A stretch of 62,972 bases of DNA, filler included, from Octopus bimaculoides (GCF_001194135.2; 6 parts of 6 records of this genome joined end to end with filler, not necessarily neighbours in it), one strand, 5' to 3'; positions 11,627 through 25,448 are shown, counted from the whole stretch's first letter. Numbers and translations: made by a program. Notes: generated from the sequence alone by a model not told the origin.

Positions 11627-14149
11627 CTTAATATATATCTGTATGTGCCTGTTTGTCTGTGGCATTAAAATGGTGATATTGTTAAATGACTTATCAGCAG
11701 TCTCTTTGCTCACTGGGACATCAACATAATGATGTAAATATATCAATAATATCAAGTGTTTTAGGAATTCTCAAACAGTTTTTATTTGTATAATTTTGAC
11801 TTTTTTAAGTAATAAGCTTTTGTTTTCCTTACCTCAGTCTAGGATTTACATATCTATTTGTTATATGTTAATGTGTCTTTACAGTACATTAAACATAGTT
11901 GTGGATATTATTGAGAAAACAACAAAAGAACAATGAAAGAATAGAAAAAAATTAAATTTCCAAACATTAGGCTTTTCGAAACAGTTAAGTTCATATTATT
12001 CTAATAGTCTTTGCCCAGTTGGTCTGAAAATTAGAATTATGATAACTTGCAAATGTTATAACATTTTCTTCAGATCATTTGAACAGATTAGACAAATTTC
12101 AAATATTCTAGTTATAAACATAACAATGTAGATTAGTTAGATAGCAAAGAATTGGAAAATTCCTTCTTGAAACATTTAAACATTTAATAAGTTCTGACAG
12201 TTAATATCTTAAGGTCACGACTCTGAAATTTTCTATTAATATTTATCACTCAAAAACACTATTTATTGTGTTTGTATATAACTTGAGCAAAATGAAATAC
12301 AGCTTGTCATTAATTTGTTAGTGTGAGAATAAATTTAAATTCAACATGTGACCACTACAGCAACTTTTCTGATTTGTATCTAATTCCCATAATGAACCAG
12401 ACAAAATATAGTGATATGAAAAAAATAAATACATAAAATAAAACTTTTCAATCAAATTATTGGCAGTCTCTCCATACCTTTACTAAGATAAATATGAAAT
12501 CACTGTTTCTTGATAGAGGGCAAATGTAGCTATAGGGCTACAAACATTGGAGAAATATACATATATACTATTGCCTATATTGGGAATTATATATAGAGAG
12601 AGAAATGAGATAAATGATAAAGGTTCCTTGATGCAATTTCAAATTATAGCTATTCAGATATCTGTTATTGATACAAAGTATTTATGAATTTTCTCAAGTT
12701 ATTAATACTTGGCAATACCAATATTTCATTAGAGTAACATCCACTTTGCTATAAATGAACATTTTAAATGTCCAAATTTGAGATATGATTGTAGATGTAT
12801 TTTAGGAAACACAGAATTCTAAATTAAAATGTTATTACTGGCTGGGCAGCTTAGAAATCATGTTAGATAGATAGAAACTAATTTAAATAGTTTACAAAAA
12901 TCACCTGCCTACTTTTTATATAAACACCTCAAGCTGTTTCATTTTGTAAGTAGTGTCCTGCAATACATAAGAGAAATAGGAATTCTTGTTACAATCTAAG
13001 GCAAGTTTTCTAATTATATTTTAGTTAAGTAAAACAGACAACTAACTTTACACTTTATGTTCAAAGCTCTTTGGTTGAAATGTAGCTGGAAGTTTACTAA
13101 TTCATTAAGTTCTATTTAAAGAACTGAATAGTATTTCTATGATATTTTAATTTATTTGTAAAACTGTTAAATCTTTACATGATCCACAAAAATGTGAAAG
13201 CCTCCAAACATTAGTCTTGGAAGTTTGTTTCAGCAGAATTTTGAAGGTGTAAGGTATTTTAGTACCTTCCCCCGTGGAGAAAATAAAACAAATTAACAGC
13301 TTCAAGTAGGCAAACAGAAGCTGGTAGAATGAAATATGGTGCCCAGGTACACAATAAAACGTCTACAGCTGGATATGAAGACCCAGAACAAGAGTGAATT
13401 GAATGTTAGCTTCTTCATTCAGGAATTTCAACTTGAAAACTTATAATATGAGATATAATTATTATATGACTAAAGCACTGGATGTCTAGGTTATTGGTTC
13501 AAATCTAGACTTGTACTTTGGATTATAATTTTAGGAAATACACTACATTATTAATGTCTTTCAGTTGAAGCACTGAGCATATAGTAGAAACCAACATCAA
13601 TATAATTATTTCACAGGTAACAGAATCAGTAGAGAACCAGAAAATGTACATTGTGGTATTTTAACTGCATCTCCTTTACATTCTGAATTAAAACCCTACT
13701 AAAGTGCACTTTGGCATTTTAAATATTGGCTTAATTCAGCTATGCTTTTTTCTCATATCTAAGTTTCCATATTACACAATTACTCCCAGATACCACCTAC
13801 AGTTTGTTAGTGTTTGTCTATATAATGCTCACAAACATCCCTGTTTGTCATCATTCTTAGTGATCAAGTATAGACATCATACAGTAATGGTGAAAAGTTT
13901 GGAAGATAGGTTTGAAAATTAGAATTTTTATATTAAATGTTCAAAGTTATATTTGAATTAAATTGTACTAGGGCATAAAAATTTTAATTTTTCAAAAAAA
14001 AAAAAGAAAAGGGCAAAAACGTTCCAAACGTTTGGCTATGACTGTAGCTAAAACCATATCCCAAACTATAACCTTTATTTCAAGGACCAGAAAATACATA
14101 ATTTTTCATGAATTGAAGTTCAACAGTTCTTAAGTAAAATGTACATAAT

Positions 14150-14480
14150 GTATTAGACCCACTGCTGCTACATATACAAACATCTTAGTTTACATTTAAA
14201 AGAAGGTTATCTCACAGATTGGCAAGGAAATCTTACTGACACAGTCTATAACGTCTACTCCACGGAGACACTTTCTATTTTTTACTCAGCTTATTCTATT
14301 GTACTACTTTTGCTAAACTAAGTGTTAGTCATCTATTACTACATCCTCTCAACACATCTTTCACTCTCTCCTCCTTTTATCACATCAACTAAACCTTGCT
14401 TGTATCTCCAGTCCCTGTATATACCATTGCACCCATCTGTTCCTCCTCGTATGCTGGAATTAACTTCCTAGGTGACAGTC
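14150..14480 (+). mobile_element. Decayed CR1/L2-like LINE 3' end
   Basis: Frameshifted LSLFY...YYFAK and C-terminal ...WN*LP resemble the CR1/L2 end LSLFYRYY...LWNxLP. Confidence 0.4.
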
Positions 14481-14634
14481 TAAGTCTTTTAACTAAAATT
14501 ATGAAACACTTACTCCTAAGAGCTTCCATAAAATTTCTGCCTGCTTAATTTTACTGATAATCTTTGGTTAAACAAAGGATATGGTTGAAGAAGACAAAGA
14601 CATCTCAACTGCACCAATTGTTATAGGCATGACC

Positions 14635-14671
<37 letters not shown>

Positions 14672-17600
14672 GCAATTCAGCCAAGAGACTGATAGAATAA
14701 ATATCAGGCTTTATAAAAAATGAGGACTGGGATCGATTTATTCAACTAAAATTTCTTCAAGGTTGTGCTCTAGCATGACCACAGTATAATGACCAAAACA
14801 AGTAAAAGATATATATANNNNNNNNNNNNNNNNNNNNNNNNNNNNNNNNNNNNNNNNNNNNNNNNNNNNNNNNNNNNNNNNNNNNNNNNNNNNNNNNNNN
14901 NNNNNNNNNNNNNNNNNNNNNNNNNNNNNNATATATATTCAATGTGTGTTACATCGATCCCTGACAAAATATTCTACTGTAATGAGACCTAGAGTAGAAC
15001 CTCACATTTTTCAATTGCAAGGTCCACACCAGGCATAAATCTCAATCAAGTCGTGCATTTTCTCCTAATTACCAACCAATCAGTTTGCAATGATATCATG
15101 CCATATTATGAAATTCATCTATAATGTTCTATCATTCCTTGTGCTTTCCAGTGTATTAAAATGAAGACCACCCCAAAACAGCCACAGAGGTTGAAATTCA
15201 CCACAGATCACAGATTCTCACCTCTCTCCAGAAGCATGCCAGGTTAGATGTCATTGAAGGCACATCACTCTCAACAAACAATCACACATAGAATCTACAA
15301 CAGTGTGTAATTAAGCAATTAACTGTTTACAATGTGCAGCTTTCTTTTGCTGAATCCAACTAGAAATGGAAGAAATTTTTCTTCATAATCTCAGATAACT
15401 CTTCCCCATTTCTCAAGCCTGACTATTCAATGCTTTGTATATTTGTTACACTGATGCTCAATTGTAATCTCGTACATCTCTACCAGCAGTCATTAGAAAT
15501 TTATATAAATATGTACAAGAGATATTTTAATAATATATTATGTTCATGTTTGTCATGTATGCATACATGCAGCACACCCTACCTTAACAGTATACCCATG
15601 AAGCAGTAACACTACTTTTGGTAAACAAATTACAATCAGGACCTAACTTGGCATGATGTAATGTGCTGTAAGAAGCAGATACCAAAATATAAAATATGGA
15701 ATGTATACTGTGTTGATGCATTTATTAAATACTAGGTACATCTTCAAAAATGCTGTCCTTGTTCATGTCACAGATAGATGTATACTCTTGATTTTATATC
15801 TTGCTTTGTTGTAAGAAGAAATATTTCCTTTAAGTTAAATCAACCATGTTACAGTTTTCTCTTATTTTTTCAAAATGCCATGCATATTGTTTCAATAAAT
15901 ATACCAACGTAGAACATAAATACTTTTGACTATCTTGAGCTGAAGGCCAATCACTAAAGTTATTGGTATAGACTCATACTACAATCTTGGACTTTCTCAT
16001 ATGGTATCTTCTATCTGTATATACTATGTTGCTTCTACTATACCTCTATTCCTCTGAACTAACTACTTTTATAGGATTATGGCAGAAAACAACTGGGAAT
16101 GGAACAGTTATCTCATCTTTTCATTATTGTTTATTACTTCCAATTCTTGGAACTTCCTTTCCAGACTCTCAACTATTTAGAATACTGACCCCACTAACAT
16201 TTTTCCTGCAGATGTCGATTTAACAATGATGGCAATGAACATCAACCAAATTGATTTCATAAATTGCAAACGTTTTTAAAGGTCACAAGCACAATCCAAC
16301 TAAACAACAGAAAATTAAATTAAAATACAACCACATAACCAGATACTCTTTAAGCAAACAATACACCAGACTGTTATACCGTGTTATAACAGTAATCATT
16401 TCTATTTTTGTATCCTTTAGAAGATCTATTCTCAGACTGTTTTGTAGTGTTTTCACTAACTGAAAAGCTGGTACTATGTAAACACATATTATGCTTTTAC
16501 AAATTATGTACTGATATCTTTATTAATATATCGATGAACAGATGTAATATGGAATAGATGATCCAGATATAGACTGCCACTTGATTAATATCATCAGCTA
16601 CATACATAATGGACAGTGTAACAATTTTCTATTTATAGATTCTGGTTTGCTTTCTAATACACATATCTAAATAAAAAAAATCAATCACTATTAGAAATTT
16701 ATGTTTATAAATAAGTTGATCACATCTTCAAGTTATTAAAGAAAGTGTAATGAGATTAGAATTTCCTTTGTTGTATGAGAAAGTAATTATTTCATCTAAG
16801 AATAAATTAAACAATTTACAAGTCATTTTTTTTTTCAATCAATAGTGAAATGTCACTCATAATCTTTTAATAAATTTATCAGTTTTCCTTAGCTATCTTT
16901 TATATACTTAATGAAAATAGAAAAAAATTAAACGAAATATTCGATATATTTTTTGAAATGTATGAAAACACTTTCTTTAATAATTTCTGTTGCTGTTATT
17001 GTTTAGCACCAAATCAATCCTAATCTAACAGATTACGATATTACAACTGTGACCATCACATGTCTTTCATAGGAAAGGCATAAATTATTCAATATAATTT
17101 TAATTTTTAATGATATAAGATGTAATTTAAAGTAGATTAAGTAGGTATTTTAGCCTGTTTAGTGACTATCAAGTGACTCACATTTGTTTAATAATTATTG
17201 CAGTGTTATGGGTCAGTTGTGTAACAAAATGAAGTAAGGTGTTAATTATCAGAGACTGGCAGAGATGATATGTTACAAGAATACAAGTAAGTTTCATTCT
17301 ATCTAAAACTTTATGAGTTAGTAAAAGGAGTAAACGTATTCCTGATTAATGAAACTGTCAGGCTCCACATCTGTAGGTCAGTACTTGTTGACAAAGGATA
17401 GGCAAGGATGCTATTTCAGAGAGTTGATACTATGAAACTCTGTGTATGGAGGATTGGGCCCTAAGAATTAGACATGACAGGGATGACACAGAGAAGTGAT
17501 GCATGGGTGAAGATGGTATAAGCCTGCCATTATAACTGTAACAAGCAGACATTAAAGGCAGAATATTGGTCACATAGGATCATAACACTATTGCAGTCGT

Positions 17601-18162
17601 CTCCTTAGTCCTTTTGCTCCTATTACTCTATAGCTATAGCATTCAATTGTTCCTTCATCTGATGAGCAAGTATTTTGTATTAAAAATAATATTTCAAATC
17701 CTATACACCTCCCTCCCCACTAGTCATTCAATGCTTGTAATGTCATCACTGATCATATGCTGCTGGAATATCTTTTGGTTTCAAAGTCAAGCATTAGATG
17801 TTTTCAATCAACCGACCAAACTAATCATTAACTTAATGCATCTGAGTATTTTACGAATATATGTGCCCTAAATGTAATTCTAAAGCCGAATCAGTATGAC
17901 ATTATATAAGACAGTGATAGACCTATAAGTTATGAGTATAGTCAATCAGATGGATTTGCATAGGTTTCTTCTACCCCGTTTCTCCTCACTGGGTACTGGT
18001 TGACCCGAGACTTGCGCAAAGATAAGTAAAATTCGTCAGTTTAATGACACACAATAGGATTGAACATGGAAAATCATGACTACAAAGCAAATGTATTAAC
18101 CACTAGGCCATGACTGTGTTGATAACGGTTTTTTGCTGTATGTATTTACTTTTACTATCCAT

Positions 18163-18540
18163 GCAGGAGTGGCTGTGTGGTAAGTAGCTTGCTTACCAAC
18201 CACATGGTTCCGGGTTCAGTCCCACTGCATGGCACCTTGGGCAAGTGTCTTCTACTATAGCCTCGGGCCGACCAAAGCCTTGTGAGTGGATTTGGTAGAC
18301 GGAAACGGAAAGAATCCCGTGGTATATATGTATATTTATATGTGTGTTTGTGTGTCTGTGTTTGTCCCCCCAAATCGCTTGACAACCGATGCTGGCATGT
18401 TTACATCCACGTAACTTAGCGGTTTGGCAAAAGAGAACGATGGAGTAAGTATTAGGCTTACAAAGATTTGCTCGACTAAAGGCGGTGCTCCAGCATGGCC
18501 GCAGTCCATGACTGAAATAAGTAAAAGAGTAAAAGAGTAT
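18163..18540 (+). mobile_element. Full-length SINE family C (CORE-like, with internal TA/TG microsatellite)
   Basis: A-box-like GGCTGTGTGGTAAG, B-box-like GGGTTCAGTCCC, CORE-like accttgggcaagtgtctt, internal (TA/TG) tract and an AAAAGAGT tandem tail. Many other copies in the window. Confidence 0.88.
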
Positions 18541-18590
18541 GCCTTTACTACAGCGTATTAAAATGACCTTCATTTAATATNNNNNNNNNN

Positions 18591-18639
<49 letters not shown>

Positions 18640-18643
<4 letters not shown>

Positions 18644-18950
18644 TGCATGGATTAGTGTTTGGGTATCTGGCTCACAATCGAAAGATTGTGAGTTCGACTC
18701 TCAGCGGCGCATTGGGTCCTTGAGAAAACACTTTATTTCACGGTGCTCCATCCACTCAGCTGGCAAAAATTAGTAGTACCGGCATTTCAAGGGGCCAGCC
18801 TTGTCACACTCTGTCACAGTGAATCTCCCTGATAAGTATGTGAAGAGGTACGTGTGTCTTGCACGTTAACCTCACAAGCAAGTTGTTCCGTTGATTAGAT
18901 CTACTGGAACCCTCGTCGTCGTAAGCAATGGAGTGCTCGTTAATATATAT
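18640..18950 (+). mobile_element. SINE family T head with an alternative 3' tail (type 2)
   Basis: tRNA-like head (GAGTTCGACTCTC) and gtccttgagaaaacactttatttcacg shared with 43567-43690; the 3' half is different. Confidence 0.75.
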
Positions 18951-18961
18951 ATAGGTTTAAA

Positions 18962-19202
18962 ATATATGGAAAACATATATAAAAAGTGGAAGAGAAATGT
19001 CTTCGTTTCACTGAGTTTAATATCTTTTTATAAAGAAATTTTAAAATATATATACATATTTTATGGATATAGTGATATTCAACAGGTTTTCGTTATTTAA
19101 ATTGGCTTTTCAAAAAATAAAAAGAAAATTCTTTTTAAAAAGATATTAAACTATGTGAAACGAAGGTGTTTCTCTTCCACTTTTTATATGTTTTCCACAT
19201 AT
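18962..19202. repeat. Inverted repeat with ~80-bp arms (MITE-like or inverted pLTR remnant)
   Basis: 18962-19041 is the reverse complement of 19125-19202 with a few mismatches. Confidence 0.85.
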
Positions 19203-20955
19203 CTTCAACTTCTCAGGGAGATTCACTGTGACAGAGTGTGACAAGGCTGACCCCTTGAAATACAGGTACTGCTCATTTTGCCGCGTGGTGTATACTGAAT
19301 GTCCAGTATTTTTTTATCCTTTTTTTATATATTTTTATATTTTTCCTATATATAGTTGAATTTTATAGAAAAAGAAAAGACGAAGACAGGTGTACATTCA
19401 AGATCAATGAGAATGGTAGTAATTAAATATTCATTGTGGATGCTGAATCAAACTCACTTTAGCAGATTAAGGTAATTTTGGCGTAGTTTTTAATCTACAA
19501 CTCTTCTCTTTACCTGAATTTGTAACACTGGCTATCTTTAGCCTTGTAGAAATCTGACCACTAAATTGCTTATGTTTAGATTTCCTTTATCTGCAAAATT
19601 AACTTTACATTGATAGAACTTGGCAATTGAACTCCCGTCCAGGTGTTTACTTGATGGAGAGCGATAATAATTCCAGTTGAATGGCATTAGTTTATTTTAG
19701 CACTGTGGAGGTGTTTAACATCGCTATATATTGCATCAGCAAGAACGACAATATGAAAAATATTTTGCACATATTCTTCTACGTTCTCTATGCAGAGGAA
19801 GATATATATAGACATGCATACAGAGAAAAAAAAAAGATATGTAAGAGATGGTAGGCGAGGAGCAGAGGATCTGGTAGAAGATGCATGCCGAAAGTGACAC
19901 GCAGTGGGACCGAATCTAGAGCTTCAAGATTTGACTATACTAATACTGTGATACATAGATTTCAAAGTATACATTGATACTGTAACGAGTTATCAAGCTA
20001 AGAAATGTAACTTAGTTTTGTAATGAGATGTAGCAATTATTATTTACTTAATAGTGCATAACTCTTTCGTTTTAGCCATAATTTCTAATTATAAGAAATC
20101 AAAAATTATGTCTAGAATTCTTGTGCTTTTAGGCTGATTTTCAGCCAATAATCTCTGCAAATAATATCTTAATTCCCAATAATCTTGACTATTAATCTTT
20201 ACTATTTAATTATTCAAGAAACATAGTCACGTAACTGACAACAAATCAATAATCAATTATAAAATAATGAATCCAGAATGGTTCATTATAATGGACATCA
20301 TCTTACCAAATACATTTGTTAACATTAATCATGCAATAAAACATTGCTAATTATCTAAGACAAATTTCTATCTTTTTTTATCTTTTCGTATTTTCATATT
20401 TCCTTGGGTAATATTTCATTTTATGTAAAACTTCGTTTGCTACAAAATCAGATTACTCTTTTCAAAGTTACTCACAACTTGGCCTATACTGAATGTTGTT
20501 AAAAGATGGATTTTTTTTTAATATAACAGAAAATGCAAGGACTATGAGCTTCGTGTTTCAGCCGAATCCATTTTCTGAAGTAAGAGAAGGAGCTCCATTA
20601 AGGCATTAAAATCAAGTCATTAGCCTCTATTTATTGAGAGATGAGAGATTCACTACTAAAGTCGTGCTATTTTAATGTAAAATATTCATATGCTAGAAAT
20701 GTAAGCCATAAAGTAATAATTTCTTAAGTGGTCTTCAGAGAATTCCTTGAAGGAGTTCTAAATAGTGTTTACTCTTTATTGACAAACTGAAATATTTTAC
20801 GTAAAACATGAAGGCTTTAAGCCTAATGATTTCAAGCACTCACCACTTGCATTCTCACAAATAGATACACGTACATTTGCACATACACGCGCGCGTGTGT
20901 ATGTATATATATGCGTATGTGTATATATATATATATGTGTGTATATATGCGTATG

Positions 20956-21008
<53 letters not shown>

Positions 21009-23465
21009 CATTCTCATCTGAATAGTAAATATCAAAATACACACCAAAATTAATGATACGATGCATAGAGATTTTAATTCCACTACATTAATTCCTTCCA
21101 GAAAGGAAGGCATTAATATTGTGGAAGTATTGAGAACCATTCATAATTTTCTGAAGGATTTTTTAAATTACATTTTATGACTCTTAATAGTTACAGAACC
21201 TCTGAAATAAGTTTGGTGGTAGAAGAAGAAAGGAAGCCCAACTCATAGGATTCTGCAATAGAAAGTAAGACACGAAAATTAGAAGCTTCACGTAGAGAGA
21301 GAAATGCAGTAAGGCCCCCAAATACCTCCTGTTGGTGGTGTAAAACTGGGTAATAAATTTAGTGTACAATAATGTAACAAAAGATGGAAACAAATTGAAA
21401 CTAATAATCGTACTAGGTTTATACTTTTGGGTTGACTCCCTTTATTGGGGTACTTATATTATAAAACAATTGATGAAAAATATTATTCGTTATGGGTTCC
21501 GTATAAGTAGGAATAATTTACAAGTTCACTGCATTTCTCGTTGTGACTGTTATTAGGATGCGCTTGTAAACAGAGATAGAACAAATACTATTGAGACATT
21601 TTAGAAAGTACAGCTATTTTTTTTGTTTTCTCAGCTCAGGTTTGACAAATTTCACCAACATGCACTCCTGTTTACACACAATCACAACATATCTAGGTAA
21701 TATAGTTAGGTCGCATTCCTTAGTGGTTGCATATCCATGAATTTTTGAACACTCCATCTGTCAACATTACAACTATTACATAATTCCGAGCATCCAGAAA
21801 CAGCTGTCGGACCTGAAATACTATACCCCCTCAATTTAGTTTCCTGTAATTTTTGTATGCCATGTAAATCTGCTCTGTAAATATATAAATATCTATATGC
21901 TCATTCATTAATGCTCATCTTCCACATATTTTCAGTTTTTGTGTGTATATGTCTATATATATTTACATATATATATATGTTCATATATTTTATATATCAA
22001 GTCCAAGCATGTTTATTTCTCCACATCAGCTCACCGCGATTCCTCTTATAACTTCTTTTTACTTAGCTGTCGCTAAAGATTTCAATGTGCAAGTTCAAAT
22101 CATTAGAGCACTAATATTCAGTACCGTAGTATAGATTAATGATATTTTAGCTGAGCCAAGCCAGCCTCTTGCGACTTTGAGTTGCATGTATAGGCACACA
22201 TGATCTTCAGGTAAGTTGTCACACCTGTCCTGAAGATCCATGTGCACCTTGAGGTGAAACTCAGAGTAGCAAGAAGCTGCCTATGTATATATATATATAT
22301 TTGTGTATCTTAAACACATAGCTTGGTTCATATTTCATTCTTGCCGTCTGAATGAATTAATGTTGCTGATTGCAAATTACAATTTCATGCACAATTTATC
22401 AAAACACGTGCATAAAACTTTTTAAAACTCTACACATGAGAGCTACTGTTACTTATTAAAGAATGGACTTGGAAAGTAAACCTTAGCCAATATATCTGCA
22501 CCAGCATCTTACAAATCTTTTAAATCATTGAGCTCTTTAATATTTCCCCTGTTCAAACTTTATTTCTGATTTAGGTATACACCGATTGTGCTAGTTTTAT
22601 TGGTGTTGCTGCAGGTACAAAAAAAATCTTTACAACATTTATCAGATCATACTTTTCAGAGAAAATAGTTCCAAGGTTTGGAAGTTGCATCTTATTCCTC
22701 TATTTTGCCTAGATAACTTTCATGCGACTGAATAACCTTTCTCCCTCATCATATGAATTATATTAAGTCATTAAGACCAAATGTTGCAGCATAGCTAAAG
22801 GGATTCCTCGTATAGCATATTTGGTATTTAAAGGAAAATATCTGTCAAAAATTGTTCAGTATAACTAGTGTTGATTCCTTAAAACAAATGATTACTATAA
22901 CATTTTCGAGCAATACATGATATATTTTTTTATACTTTAAGTAATTTAACCCCAGATACTTTACTGAAGAAGACATCTTTATTATGCTTTAATATCTGAA
23001 AATATTTTCATAATTCAACATTTAAGTCATTTGTAAATTCAGTTATGAAAATTTAAAGATGTTTTCTAAAATAAGTTTTCTTAACCAGTATTTATGAACA
23101 GTATCATTTTACCACAGATTTCTCTCGCATGTTACAATTCAGATATTCAGCAAAATAATCGATGTTGCTTCTTCATAGTACTAAGATACTTGCAACATAT
23201 GTGGTCAAATGAGAAGAAATTTTAGACAACATAATTTTATCTGCTTTGGTTGATGGAAAATAAGTTAATACCTTCTTGAATGTGATTTCAAATTAGATGC
23301 AAAAATAAAAGCAATAGTTCATATTCTTTTAAATAACAATACACTCAAATAACATTTCAGGGATGCACATTCCTGGCAAGGATTTATATTTGAAGCTGTG
23401 TGTGGAAACTAAAGCAATTAGAACACAAATGACACATATTGACCATTAAAAAACAAAGAAAAACT

Positions 23466-24029
23466 ATACGACACAAAATCTGTGTCATTATATTTTCGAG
23501 CAGGGCGTTCCGCACTCGCATCTAGCGCAAAACAACATCTGTAGACCGGTACCTAGGTTATTGTACTTTATACCTGTTCGAAAATATAAGAACAGAGATA
23601 TTGTGTCGTATAACCAACTGGAAGCGACGTTTCCTGAGGCTAAACAACCGTAATATCGTCCTTTCCATGACAGCCATATTATGTTGGCAATTAGCCTTTA
23701 CTTTAAAAAGCTATTACTGAATATCCCTCTTTGAAAGATTTAAAAATAAAAATATTTCTATTTTCAGATCAGTAACTGTGTGCGACTTTGAAAACTATAT
23801 ATTTGAACGATGAATTCAGCAACGGCCCCTAGTCAAGCAGCTACTCTGTGTTGATAAAGCACAATAACCCAGAAATTGGTCTACAGGTGTTGTTTTGCGC
23901 TAGATGGGAGTGCTGAACTCCCTGTTTGAAAATATACATACAGATATTATGTCGTACAGCTAGGTAGAAACGATGTGCCCTGGGGCTAAGCAACAATAAG
24001 ATCATCCCTTCCAGTACAGCTACATTATG
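23466..24029. repeat. Composite fold-back element with inverted and direct sub-repeats
   Basis: 23489-23547 vs 23878-23936 are inverted (53/59 identical). 23466-23504 vs 23573-23611 are inverted. 23573-23683 vs 23921-24029 are diverged direct repeats. Confidence 0.75.
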
Positions 24030-24046
24030 GTGGGTAAATGGCCTTT

Positions 24047-24092
<46 letters not shown>

Positions 24093-24298
24093 GGTTTCAA
24101 ATATTTCGCACAAGGTCATCAAGATTGGGGAAGTGTTAAGTCGATTACATGGGCCATTGTGCTCAAGTGGTACTTATTTTATCAACCTCGAAAGAATGAA
24201 AGACAAAGTTTCCATCAGCAGAATTTGAAGTGAGAATGTAAAGATAGGAAATGTCACTAAGCACTTCCTCAGCGTGCTACCAATACTGCCAGCTCACC
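24093..24298 (-). mobile_element. SINE family N
   Basis: Reverse-complement homology to the family; decayed. Confidence 0.75.
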
Positions 24299-24558
24299 GA
24301 TTTACATGCAATATATATTAATGATAGAAATGTCAATATCATTAGAAGTAATAGTAGCGGTGGTAGTAATAGCTACAGTAAAAGTAGGGTAAGCAGAAGT
24401 AAACAAAAATATAGCAAAAGCAATAATTTAGTTGAATAATAAATATTCTAAGAGCGAAAATTTTATTGTAAGCAAATATATGAATATAACGGTAAGTATA
24501 ATTTAACAAAATAGATAAAAGCTAGGGATGATAAAAACAAACAAATAATAATAATAAT

Positions 24559-24774
24559 CTTTTCTTCTAAAGACACAAGACCTGAAATTTTAGGGAAGGG
24601 AGGGTTAATCGATTACATCAACCCCAGTGTTTCATTGGTACTTAATTTATTGACCACAAAAGGATGAAAGGCAAAGTCAACCTCGGTGGAATTTGAACTC
24701 AAAACATAAAAATGGACTAAATGCCACTAAGCATTTTGCGCAGCATGCTAATGATTCTGCCAGGTCACCGCCTT
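24559..24774 (-). mobile_element. SINE family N, between (AAT)n tracts
   Basis: Reverse-complement homology (ggcaaagtcaacctcggtggaatttgaactc). Confidence 0.85.
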
Positions 24775-24781
24775 GGTGGTA

Positions 24782-24818
<37 letters not shown>

Positions 24819-24835
24819 TGATGATGATGATGATG

Positions 24836-25448
24836 TCTGAAGAGGTCACCCAGACACTGCAAAGACTAAGCAACTGGAAGGCACCTGGACACGACAAGAT
24901 CCCCAATTTCTGGTTAAAACACCTGCCAGGAATGCATAAAAAGCTGGCAGAAAACTTTAACAACATACTAGCAGAGCCAGAGAAAATGCCTGAATGGCTC
25001 ACGAAAGGGAAAACCATCTTAATCCCCAAATCCACGGAAACGGAGAAACCACAAAACTATAGACCTATAACCTGTCTCCCTACGATCTACAAAGCCTTTA
25101 CTGCAATAATATCGCAGAGATTAAGTGAGCACCTGGAAAATAACAACCTGCTTCCAGAAGAGCAGAGGGGATGCTGCAAGGGCTCATACGGCTGTAAAGA
25201 TCAATTATTGATCAATAAAGCCATAACTGAAGACAGCCGCAGAAAGAAGAAAGGCCTCAGTATGGCCTGGGTGGACTACCAAAAGGCTTTCGACAGTGTT
25301 CCCCACACGTGGATTCTGGAAACACTAGCCATAAACAAGGTGGCACCAATTATTATAAAATACATAGAGAACTCAATGAACAAATGGCAGACAGTGCTAC
25401 AGCTCCAAACAAAAGAGGGACTTGTGAAAACGAAAGCCATCCCCATTA
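24836..25448 (+). mobile_element. R4/Dong-clade reverse transcriptase fragment (open frame, truncated by a gap)
   Basis: Uninterrupted frame: NWKAPGHDKIPNFWLK...PEWLTKGKTILIPK...NYRPITCLPTIYK...EQRGC...GCKDQLLI...AWVDYQKAFDSVPHTWI, the R4/Dong RT signature. Starts directly after (AAT)n(GAT)n. Confidence 0.92.

Noticed and set aside
22229-22275. CTGAAGA...GAAACTCAGAGTA hammerhead-like string
   Set aside because: Core words and a near-palindromic helix III are present, but helices I and II cannot be formed properly.
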